A stretch of DNA of 64,000 bases. Source: Candidatus Sericytochromatia bacterium. Its GTDB lineage: Bacteria > Cyanobacteriota > Sericytochromatia > S15B-MN24 > UBA4093. The notes below the pieces were generated by a model. The model was not told the origin of the DNA. It did not search any database and saw only the letters and a program-made list of their open reading frames with translations. A program made the translations under genes and the position numbers. This document shows, in pieces, positions 9,218 to 17,033 of this stretch. Each line of letters opens with the position of its first letter. Position 1 is the stretch's first letter. The stretch is from assembly GCA_036676985.1 (NCBI GenBank), contig JAKFBU010000023.1:64001-128000 (forward strand). The letters are read 5' to 3'.

Positions 9218-10180
9218 GTGACGAGCCAAACACTGCCCAAAATCGGTGATCGTCTCACCGACTACGTCGCCCGGGTCTCGCAGCTGCGCGAGTTCAAGAA
9301 GAAGGACGGCGACGGCGGCTTCCACATCTTTCGCGCGACCAACGCGCAGGGCTCCATCGGCTGCATCATCTGGAGCGGCCGGGTCGACTTCAAGAACGGC
9401 GATTTCGTCCGCCTCTCCGGCGAGGTCAAGCTCCACAAGGACACTCCCCAGTTCGTCGTGACCCGCTACGAGATCCTGCCCCGGGAGCAGTTCGCAGCCG
9501 AGACCTTCCTGCCGGTCTCCAAGCGGCCGCTCGACGAGATGCTCCACGAGCTCAAGGGCTACATCTCGATGGTCAACGACCCCGGGCTGGCACGGATGCT
9601 GACCCGGATCCTGCTCGAGGATCCCGTGACAGCGCCGGCCTATCAGCGGGCTCCGGCGGCCAAGACCCACCACCATCCCTTCCTCTCCGGCCTCCTGGAG
9701 CACAACCTGACGGTCGCGCGCCGCGCGCTCGGGCTGTGCCTGGACGAGGACGGCGTGGACCGCGACGTGGTACTTGCCGGGGCGTTGCTGCACGACATCG
9801 GCAAGATCGAGGAGTACACCTTCGACGCCGAGGAGATCGGCTTCACGGAGGTGGGGAACCTGCTCGGTCACGTGTCCTTGGGCTATGCGCTGGTGCGCAA
9901 GGCTATCGCCGAGCAGGGCGACATCCCGGCGGCGACGTCCACCAACCTCCTGCACGTCATCCTGAGCCACCAGGGGCGCCTCGAGTACGGCTCGCCCGTC
10001 GAGCCGCGCACGGCCGAGGCGTTCATCGTGCACCACGCCGACACGGTCGACGCGCACCTCTTCCAGCTGCGCCGCACGGGAGACGAGTTCCCGGATTCGC
10101 GGCTGGGCTTCGCCAAGAGCCTCAACCGCATGGTGCTGGGGAACCCGCGCTTGCCCTACGAAGAGGGCTATCAGCACTAA
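9218..10180 (+). CDS. yhaM: YhaM/Cbf1-like 3'-5' exonuclease (OB fold + HD domain)
   Basis: GTG start after GGAG; N-terminal OB fold; PAAKTHHH, GLLEH, LLHDIGK, ILSHQG..EYGSP, HHAD. Confidence 0.85.
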   Translation: MTSQTLPKIGDRLTDYVARVSQLREFKKKDGDGGFHIFRATNAQGSIGCIIWSGRVDFKNGDFVRLSGEVKLHKDTPQFVVTRYEILPREQFAAETFLPVSKRPLDEMLHELKGYISMVNDPGLARMLTRILLEDPVTAPAYQRAPAAKTHHHPFLSGLLEHNLTVARRALGLCLDEDGVDRDVVLAGALLHDIGKIEEYTFDAEEIGFTEVGNLLGHVSLGYALVRKAIAEQGDIPAATSTNLLHVILSHQGRLEYGSPVEPRTAEAFIVHHADTVDAHLFQLRRTGDEFPDSRLGFAKSLNRMVLGNPRLPYEEGYQH

Positions 10181-10404
10181 GCCAGCTGGCAGCTGCCCGC
10201 CGCAGAGAGCGGCTCGAAAGCGACCATGGCCCGTCTGGACGCAGAGGGCGCAAGGTGTCTCTCGGCAACCGCTGCAGGATAGGCAACCAACTGACGCCAG
10301 CCTTCTTTGGTCATAACGGCACACCCGTCCGTTGCCGCCCCCGCTACGATGGCGCATGAACCCTTCAAGCGACGTCGTCCCGCATCCACCAGGGGGATCT
10401 TGCC

Positions 10405-11118
10405 ATGACCACGAAACTCACCGTCTCAGCCGATTGGATGGCACGTGTCACGTCGGCTGCCGCTCTCGTCCTGGGCGCCTTGAGTCTGGCCGCACATCCG
10501 ATCGGGCTCACGCTCTTCCAGCTCGACGCCGAGGCGAACGTGCCATCTTGGTACACATCGCTCCTGCTGCTGCTCTGTGCGGCGACGCTCGGCGTGATCG
10601 GCCAGGGCAAGCGTGTCGCACGTGCGCCCCATGCGCGGCACTGGGGGGCTCTGGCGCTGCTCTTTAGCTTCTTGTCGCTAGACGAGATCGCGAGATTCCA
10701 CGATAAGCTCAACTATCTGTTGTCGATCACCTTCCAACCCAGCGGGTTCCTTTACTTTCCGTGGGTCGTGCCAGCAGCTCTCTTGGTAATGGGCCTGGCG
10801 GTAGCGTATGCGCGCTGGCTACTCGAGCTTCCCGGCTGGGTCCGGGCTCGATTCCTCGTTGCCGCGTTCCTCTACGTCGGGGGCGCCGTGGGGTTGGAAA
10901 CCCTCTCGGCGGGATACTCGGCGGTGCACGGTCTGGAATCCTGGGGTTACGTCTTGCTGAGCCACTGCGAAGAACTGCTCGAGATGCTGGGCTTGGCGGT
11001 CTTCCTACCTACCCTGATCCGTTATGCCGGGACCCTGCAGCTGGATGTACGGCTTGAGGTCGCCGAGAGCACTAACGCGCGAGTCTTGGCAACGAAGGCT
11101 GCGCCCGTCGATGCCTAA
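10405..11118 (+). CDS. Multi-pass membrane protein of unknown function, atypical codon usage
   Basis: About 6-7 hydrophobic segments; polar motifs DAEANVPSWY, LSLDE..RFHD and EELLEMLG; many A/T-ending codons. Confidence 0.7.
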   Translation: MTTKLTVSADWMARVTSAAALVLGALSLAAHPIGLTLFQLDAEANVPSWYTSLLLLLCAATLGVIGQGKRVARAPHARHWGALALLFSFLSLDEIARFHDKLNYLLSITFQPSGFLYFPWVVPAALLVMGLAVAYARWLLELPGWVRARFLVAAFLYVGGAVGLETLSAGYSAVHGLESWGYVLLSHCEELLEMLGLAVFLPTLIRYAGTLQLDVRLEVAESTNARVLATKAAPVDA

Positions 11119-11288
11119 GCTATCAACGTTTCTCCATGCTGACTTAACACCAAAAACCATACGGTGTTAGACCGATAGATCAGCAAATTGCAGGCATGCC
11201 TTTGCCGTGACGCAGTTCCCCTCAGGGGAATGACACTACGTTTCCAACGTGACGCCGCCCAGGGAGTTAGGTACCCCGATGGGTCGGG

Positions 11289-12269
11289 CTAGAACGCTTC
11301 GACGGCGATCGCCCGCATCTCCGCCGCCTTCTCTTCGGGCAGCGTGTCGTTGATGAACGTCCCCGCCCCCGACTCGCAGCCTGCCAGGAACTTGAGCTTC
11401 TGGGCCGTGCGGTTGGGGGGGTAGAACTCCACGTGGAAGTGGCTCCCCGGGTGCTCCTTGCCGTCCGTCGGCTGCTGGTGCATCACCATCATGTAGGGCA
11501 GCGAGAAGCCGAATAGCCCGTCGTACTTCTTCATCACCGTCTTGAGCATCCGCGCGAAATCCCTCCGCTCCGGCGCCCCGAACTCCATGAGGGACGGCAG
11601 GTGGGCCTTGGGATAGAGGTGGAGCTCGTAGGGATACCGCGCGTAGAACGGAATCACGGCCACGAAGTGCTCGTTCTCGGCCACGATCCGGCGCCCGTCG
11701 CGCAGCTCCTCGGCGAGCACGTCGCAGTGCAGGCACCGCCCCGTCTTCGCGTGGTGCTTGGCCTGGCTGGAAAGCTCCTTCTCCACCTTGGGCGGGATGA
11801 AGCTGAAGGCATAGATCTGGCCGTGCGGGTGGTGCAGCGTCACCCCGATGGCCTCGCCCTTGTTCTCGAAGATGAAGACGTAGTCGATCTCGGGGCGGTT
11901 GCCGAGCTCTTGGTACCGGTCCGTCCATACCCTCACCAGGCGCTCGATCTCGGTCACCGTACGGTCGGCCAGCGTGGTGTTGTGTACCGGAGAGTAGAGC
12001 ACGACCTCGCATATGCCCGTGGATGGCCGAACCGGAAAGAGGTCCGTGCCCTCGACCGCGGGCTCACCCGCCTCCCGCTTGAACGACGGGAACTTGTTCT
12101 CGAAGACCACGTACTCGTAGGTCTCGGCCGGAACCTCGGTGGGAAAGCCGCCCGGCTTGGTGGGGCAGATGGGGCAGTAGTTCGCGGGCGGCATGAAGGT
12201 CCGGTCCTGGCGATGGGTAGCCGTCGCGACCCACTCCTCGGCGATGGGGTTCCAGCGTAGCTCGGACAT
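11289..12269 (-). CDS. galT: Galactose-1-phosphate uridylyltransferase
   Basis: MSELRWNP, RQDRT, CPICP, FENKFP, catalytic HPHGQ. True start is ATG 12269, downstream of the ORF-track start. Confidence 0.93.
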   Translation of the reverse strand: MSELRWNPIAEEWVATATHRQDRTFMPPANYCPICPTKPGGFPTEVPAETYEYVVFENKFPSFKREAGEPAVEGTDLFPVRPSTGICEVVLYSPVHNTTLADRTVTEIERLVRVWTDRYQELGNRPEIDYVFIFENKGEAIGVTLHHPHGQIYAFSFIPPKVEKELSSQAKHHAKTGRCLHCDVLAEELRDGRRIVAENEHFVAVIPFYARYPYELHLYPKAHLPSLMEFGAPERRDFARMLKTVMKKYDGLFGFSLPYMMVMHQQPTDGKEHPGSHFHVEFYPPNRTAQKLKFLAGCESGAGTFINDTLPEEKAAEMRAIAVEAF

Positions 12270-12271
12270 GG

Positions 12272-12406
12272 CTACTTCGCCTCCGCCGTCTCGTCCGTCG
12301 CGGCCCGGCCGTCGGGGGTCGACTCGAAGCGGTAGTAGATGAGGTATCGGCCGTCTTCCTTGACGATCGCCTCCTTGCGCATGGGGGCCTGGTCCGTGGG
12401 TTCCAT
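12272..12406 (-). CDS. 44-aa small protein coupled to galT (not in the ORF track)
   Basis: Strong RBS AGGAGGAG, then MEPTDQAPMRKEAIVKEDGRYLIYYRFESTPDGRAATDETAEAK*; the stop is 2 nt before the galT ATG. Confidence 0.65.
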   Translation of the reverse strand: MEPTDQAPMRKEAIVKEDGRYLIYYRFESTPDGRAATDETAEAK

Positions 12407-12453
12407 CGCTCCTCCTACTGGGCCGGGACGACGCGAGCCCGCCGGCCACGGCC

Positions 12454-12483
12454 ATTCTCACGGGTTCGGGATCCGCATGTCAA
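12454..12483 (-). promoter_or_regulatory. Sigma70-type promoter for small ORF-galT
   Basis: Minus strand TTGACA-N18-GAGAAT, about 50 nt upstream of the ATG at 12406. Confidence 0.5.
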
Positions 12484-12591
12484 GCACACCTCTCACACCC
12501 GCCGCGCCGGAGGGCCGGACCGGGGTCGGGCCGCGCCATCGAGCGGCCGGAATCCGCTCGCATCGCTGCTTCCGGCCTTCTTGACCCACCC

Positions 12592-12618
12592 TCAAGTCAG
12601 CCCATGAAAGGTCGACCA
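12592..12618 (+). promoter_or_regulatory. Possible sigma28 (FliA/SigD)-type promoter
   Basis: TCAA-N15-GTCGACCA compared with the consensus TAAA-N15-GCCGATAA; lies upstream of ORF 12656. Confidence 0.35.
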
Positions 12619-12655
12619 TGAAAGGGTCGCTCGCTTCGTCAGAGGGAGGGTCCCC

Positions 12656-13237
12656 ATGCCGACCGATACGCTGTCCACCCGCACCCGAGCCGAGCTCCCC
12701 GTTCACCGCCCCCGGCGCTCCCTGGCAAGCCTGACGACCTTCGATACCGCCCTCCGCAAAGCCGACTCCACGCTCCGGGAGCAACACGGCAAGACCAGGA
12801 CCCTGTTCAGGCCTGCGAGCAATGGCGCCGTGACCCTCCTCGACCTCGATGCGGAGCTGACCGAGGCTCGGCGCCGCCTCCAAGGACGGCTGAACGCTGC
12901 CCTCCAGGCGGCGGGGGTCGACGCGCGCCGGTCCCTCGCGTTTCAGGCCGCGCATAGCGACGGCCTGCCCGCCCTCATCGGCGACCACGCCGACAAGGCC
13001 TCGATCGAGGCGCTGTTCGAACAGGATCCCGACCTGGTTGGCGACCTTCACCGCGTGGGCTCCCTGTCGCGCGTGATCCGGGCCGGAGCGGATGCCGTGG
13101 AGTTCCAGGCGGCCTTCCGGACCGACCCGGAGACGGCGGTGGTACGCTACGCGCACCTCTTTTCCAGCCGGTACGTGGCGACCCTGACGCTGGCGGACGG
13201 CCTGCTGGACGTGACGACCGAGCGGATTCCCGCCTGA
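12656..13237 (+). CDS. Hypothetical protein (193 aa)
   Basis: RBS GAGGGAGG; host-like codon usage; no recognisable motif. Confidence 0.65.
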   Translation: MPTDTLSTRTRAELPVHRPRRSLASLTTFDTALRKADSTLREQHGKTRTLFRPASNGAVTLLDLDAELTEARRRLQGRLNAALQAAGVDARRSLAFQAAHSDGLPALIGDHADKASIEALFEQDPDLVGDLHRVGSLSRVIRAGADAVEFQAAFRTDPETAVVRYAHLFSSRYVATLTLADGLLDVTTERIPA

Positions 13238-13346
13238 GCCGGGGGCATCCATCATCCCTGCGTCCCTTTACATCTTGCCTTCCTTTCGTGATAGCGTCGC
13301 GACATCGCTCCCATGACGTGACCGATTCCGAACGAGGAGGCAGCTC

Positions 13347-14195
13347 ATGCTCAGACGGCTTCAGGACATGCCTACCTTCCGGGTGGCGGAGGGCAGCCCG
13401 GACATCTGTGGCTGGAAGGTGACGGACCGCGATGGCGGCGTCGTCGGCAAGGTCGACAGCCTGCTCGTCGAGACCGACGAGAAAGGCCCCGAGGGGATGG
13501 TGCCCGTGCGCTACATGACCGTGGCGTCCCGCGGTCGGACCTTCCTGGTCCCGATCGGAACCGTCAACCTGCGCGATTCCGATCAAGTCGTCGAGCTACA
13601 GGCCTCCTTTGACGAGATCGAGCGCATGCCCGATTACCAGGCGGCAGAAACCACGGCCGAACGCGAACGGCACTACTTCACGACCTTCTTCCCCCATGAA
13701 AAGGAGCCCAACTACCAGCGTCCGGAGTTCGAGCACCGGAGCAATCGTCTGAAGCAGATGGTCGAGAGCTTCCGCGAAGGGCGGGAGCATCGGACAGAGG
13801 CGCATGAAGGCCCGCGGGCCCAGCCGCGCGGCCGGGCGGAGGCCGTCGAGCGGGGACGGCGCAGCGACGTCGAGTTCGAGCGGCGCCCCGTCCACAAGCC
13901 GCTCGCCGAGACCGAGTTCGGGGAGACGGGGGGACGGGCCATCGAGGACGAGGACACCCTCCGCGTGCCCATCATCGGTGAGGAGACGGTGGTCCACAAG
14001 GTGCCGTTCGTGGAAGAGGAGATCGTCCTCCACACCAGGGACCGGAAGCCCCGGGAGCACGCCCGCCAGGAGGCCGAGTTCGTGAGCGCGGAGCCCAGTG
14101 AATCCGAACGCATGCGCCGACCGACGCAGGCGACTCCAGAGGGACTACTGGGTCGGAACGACCCGCTGAATCGGCCGCGCCGCGGCGAGGAGTGA
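13347..14195 (+). CDS. PRC-barrel + YsnF/AvaK (DUF2382)-like stress protein
   Basis: PDICGWKVTDRDGGVVGKVDSLLV..LVPIG (PRC barrel); VPIIGEETVVHKVPFVEEEIV (DUF2382-like); RBS GAGGAGG. Confidence 0.8.
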   Translation: MLRRLQDMPTFRVAEGSPDICGWKVTDRDGGVVGKVDSLLVETDEKGPEGMVPVRYMTVASRGRTFLVPIGTVNLRDSDQVVELQASFDEIERMPDYQAAETTAERERHYFTTFFPHEKEPNYQRPEFEHRSNRLKQMVESFREGREHRTEAHEGPRAQPRGRAEAVERGRRSDVEFERRPVHKPLAETEFGETGGRAIEDEDTLRVPIIGEETVVHKVPFVEEEIVLHTRDRKPREHARQEAEFVSAEPSESERMRRPTQATPEGLLGRNDPLNRPRRGEE

Positions 14196-14355
14196 CGCCC
14201 CCCTTCAAACACGTGGTTGCTGGCTGACCCCTCTCATCCAGCGCTCGGCCTCCCGTTCCTTCCGGAATCCGACGCGTCTCGTCCGGACATCCGCCATGGA
14301 TGCGTTCGCGGCGCGGCGCTGGTAGACTCCTGGAGGAACGGGAAAGGGGTGAGCC

Positions 14356-15219
14356 ATGGCAACCCTCCAGAAACGGCTGCCCGAGAACGTCGCGGGCGAG
14401 TTCTTCGTGGACGCCACCTGCATCGACTGCGGGACGTGTCGGCTGCTCGCACCGGCCTCCTTCGCCGAGTCGGCGGACTCCTCGTACGTCCACGCCCAGC
14501 CGACCACCCCGGAGGCCGAACGCAAGGCCCTCCAGGCCCTCTTGGCCTGCCCGACGGGCTCCATCGGGACGATGCACCCCAATCAGGCGCGCGACGTGCT
14601 ACAGGACTTCCCCATGCCGCTGGACGAGGGCATTTACTACAACGGCTTCAACTCACCCAAGTCCTACGGGGGGCACAGCTACTTCGTCCATGACCCTGCG
14701 GGCAACTGGCTCATCGACTCGCCCAAGTACCTGCCCCACCTCATCCGGCACTACGAGGCCTCGGGGGGGCTTCGCTACATCTTCCTGAGCCACCAGGACG
14801 ACGTGGCCGAGGCCGCCCGCTTCGCCGAGCACTTCGGCAGCCGGCGCATCATCCACGAGGCCGACCGGGCGGCCCAGCCGGACGCCGAGATCATCGTGTC
14901 GGGGGACGATCCGGTCGAGATCGAGCCGGGCTACCTCGTCATCCCGACGCCCGGGCACACGCGGGGGAGCATGGTGCTGTTGGTGCGCGATCGCTTCCTC
15001 TTCACGGGCGATCACCTGTGGGGCCACGCGGGACGGCTCGGGGCCTCGCGGGGCGTGTGCTGGTACTCGTGGCCCGACCAGACCCGGTCCATGGAGCGCC
15101 TCGAGGCCTATACCTTCGAGTGGGTGTTGCCGGGGCACGGCGACTGGCTGCACCTGCCCGCCGACGAGATGCGCTCGGCCCTCATGCACCTCGTGGACCG
15201 GCTGAAGCAGCGCGCCTGA
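14356..15219 (+). CDS. Ferredoxin-fused metallo-beta-lactamase-fold hydrolase
   Basis: N-terminal CIDCGTC..CPTGSIG; MBL motifs LSHQDDV, TPGHTRGS, FTGDH and LPGHG. Confidence 0.88.
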   Translation: MATLQKRLPENVAGEFFVDATCIDCGTCRLLAPASFAESADSSYVHAQPTTPEAERKALQALLACPTGSIGTMHPNQARDVLQDFPMPLDEGIYYNGFNSPKSYGGHSYFVHDPAGNWLIDSPKYLPHLIRHYEASGGLRYIFLSHQDDVAEAARFAEHFGSRRIIHEADRAAQPDAEIIVSGDDPVEIEPGYLVIPTPGHTRGSMVLLVRDRFLFTGDHLWGHAGRLGASRGVCWYSWPDQTRSMERLEAYTFEWVLPGHGDWLHLPADEMRSALMHLVDRLKQRA

Positions 15220-15244
15220 AGCGACTCGGGACCTCTAGCAACGA

Positions 15245-15278
15245 ACATCGCCCCCGGCCGCTTGGCCGGGGGCGATGT
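15245..15278. terminator. Hairpin between convergent genes
   Basis: 15-bp perfect stem ACATCGCCCCCGGCC-gctt-GGCCGGGGGCGATGT. Confidence 0.7.
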
Positions 15279-15287
15279 GCGAAGGGT

Positions 15288-15776
15288 TTAGAGCTTGACC
15301 AGGGTGCCGTCGGGGCGCTTGATGGCGTCGACGTGGACGCGGGTGTTCGTGTTGCCGCTCTTGAGGGTGAAGTAGACGGTCGAGGTGCCCTTCATGTCGC
15401 CGCCGACCTTCTTGATGAAGTTCTCGGCCGCGCTGCGAAGGATGTGGCGCTCGCGGTGGATGTAGGCGTAGTGGCCGTCCTCCGTGAGGGTCAGCGTCAC
15501 GTCGTTGGCGTCGACGAGTTGCATGTCACCGACCGAGTAGCCCAGGTCGCCCGAGACGACGAACTTCTTGCCGGCGTTCTCCTTGTTGGAGGCCTCGTCG
15601 TAGACGAGCTTGTGGATGTCCACGACGGCGATCTTGTTCGCGTAGTCCGCTTCCTTGAAGAACAAGCCGTTGGCCTCGGCCTGCGAGCCCTGGGTGCTCA
15701 CCTTGGTGGCCACCGGGGACGACCCGCAGCCCGCGAGGAGCACGACCGACAACGCCAAGGTCCAAACTGCTTTCAC
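15288..15776 (-). CDS. Lipoprotein of unknown function
   Basis: GTG start after RBS GGAGG; signal peptide with lipobox LLAG-C; Lys-rich mature domain. Confidence 0.8.
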   Translation of the reverse strand: MKAVWTLALSVVLLAGCGSSPVATKVSTQGSQAEANGLFFKEADYANKIAVVDIHKLVYDEASNKENAGKKFVVSGDLGYSVGDMQLVDANDVTLTLTEDGHYAYIHRERHILRSAAENFIKKVGGDMKGTSTVYFTLKSGNTNTRVHVDAIKRPDGTLVKL

Positions 15777-15984
15777 GTTGATATCCTCCGCTTGAATTGC
15801 GTTACGTCCTTCCGGTGTTAGTGTTATCGGGCCGTTCAGGGTCAACATTCTTAAGAAGCGGATAAGACTAAAGAAACCTTTATTTAACAAAGCGCCACGG
15901 AACCACGGTCGACGGCCCAGCCGGCTTCCCGTCAAACGCCCCATGGCGCGCGGTTGGATCCAAGATTCGGGTGGCCGTCCGGAA

Positions 15985-16033
15985 AATATTACCCGGGTAA
16001 TATTGACAGTCGGAATATTACCCGGGTAATATC
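15985..16033 (+). promoter_or_regulatory. Sigma70 promoter overlapped by a double palindromic operator
   Basis: AATATTACCCGGGTAATATT (15985-16004) and AATATTACCCGGGTAATATC (16014-16033); TTGACA at 16003-16008 and TAATAT at 16027-16032. Confidence 0.85.
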
Positions 16034-16055
16034 TTCGTAAGAGAGGAGACATCCC

Positions 16056-16658
16056 ATGGAACGGCACACCTACACGGCATTTTCCGAGCAGCGACGCGTG
16101 GCGAGTGGTCCCATCGAGGACGTGGCCCTCAAGGTCAAGCAGTGGATCGAGCGGGGCGGGGCCCAGGTGCTCATCTTCGAGGACCTGAGCGGCCAGCAGA
16201 TCGACCTGGACCTCCGGGGCACGGACGAGGACGCCCTTGCGCGGTTGGGCGAGCATCCCTGGCTCCAGCACCGGGCCGATGACAAGCGCTCCGGTCCCGG
16301 CCGCCCGAAGCTCGGGGTGGTCTCGCGCGAGGTCTCGCTCTTGCCGCGCCACTGGGAGTGGCTCAATGCGCAACGGGGCGGCGCGTCGGTGACCCTGCGC
16401 AGGCTCGTCGAGGAGAGCATGAAGGGGAGCGAGGGCCAGGATCGAGCCCGCAAGGCCGGCGAGGCCGTCTCCAAGTTCATGTGGGCGCTGGGCGGAAACC
16501 TGCCCGGCTTCGAGGAGGCGTCGCGCGCGCTCAGCCGCAAGGAGTATGAGCGCCTCGAGGGCGAGATCGCCGGGTGGCCGGCGGACATCCGCGACCACGT
16601 GCGCCGGCTCGCAAAGACGGCCCAGCAGGCCGAAGCGGAGGCCCACCGTGAATCGTAA
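16056..16658 (+). CDS. DUF2239 family protein (putative ribbon-helix-helix repressor)
   Basis: YTAF..LIFEDLSGQQIDLDLRG and GRPKLGVVSREVSLLPRHWEWLNAQRGGASVTLRRLVE are the DUF2239 signature; GGNLPGFEEASRAL. Confidence 0.88.
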   Translation: MERHTYTAFSEQRRVASGPIEDVALKVKQWIERGGAQVLIFEDLSGQQIDLDLRGTDEDALARLGEHPWLQHRADDKRSGPGRPKLGVVSREVSLLPRHWEWLNAQRGGASVTLRRLVEESMKGSEGQDRARKAGEAVSKFMWALGGNLPGFEEASRALSRKEYERLEGEIAGWPADIRDHVRRLAKTAQQAEAEAHRES

Positions 16659-17019
16659 GGCCGAGTTGAAGGCGGACTACAAGCACAACGGCCACAAGCT
16701 GCGGAAGATGGGCGTTTACGCCATCCGGAACATGGCCAACGGCAAGGTCTTCCTGGACAAGAGCAGCAACCTCGAGAGCGCCATCGAGCGGGACCGCTTG
16801 TGGCTCGCGCGGGGTGGGCACATGAACGCGAAGCTCCAGCAGGACTGGAACCTCCACGGCGCCGCAGCCTTCACCTTCGAGATCCTGGAAGCCATCGACT
16901 CGACGGACGAGCCCAAGAACGTCAGCGAGGAGATCGCCGTCATGCTGGAGGTCTGGCTGGACGAGCTACAGCCCTACGGCGACAAGGGCTACCTGCCGGT
17001 GCCCCGCCCGTCGCGCTGA
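16648..17019 (+). CDS. Small GIY-YIG nuclease-family protein (LuxR-associated-like subgroup)
   Basis: GTG start overlaps the DUF2239 stop, RBS GGAGG; MGVYAIRN..NGKVFL, H.NAKLQQDWNLHG..AFTFEILE. Confidence 0.82.
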   Translation: MNRKAELKADYKHNGHKLRKMGVYAIRNMANGKVFLDKSSNLESAIERDRLWLARGGHMNAKLQQDWNLHGAAAFTFEILEAIDSTDEPKNVSEEIAVMLEVWLDELQPYGDKGYLPVPRPSR

Positions 17020-17033
17020 GAGGAACCGTTCGC

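Noticed and set aside
15985-16033. Repeated 20-mer considered as a CRISPR repeat or transposon end
   Set aside because: There are only two copies 9 bp apart, no cas or transposase gene, and they overlap promoter elements, so an operator is the better reading.
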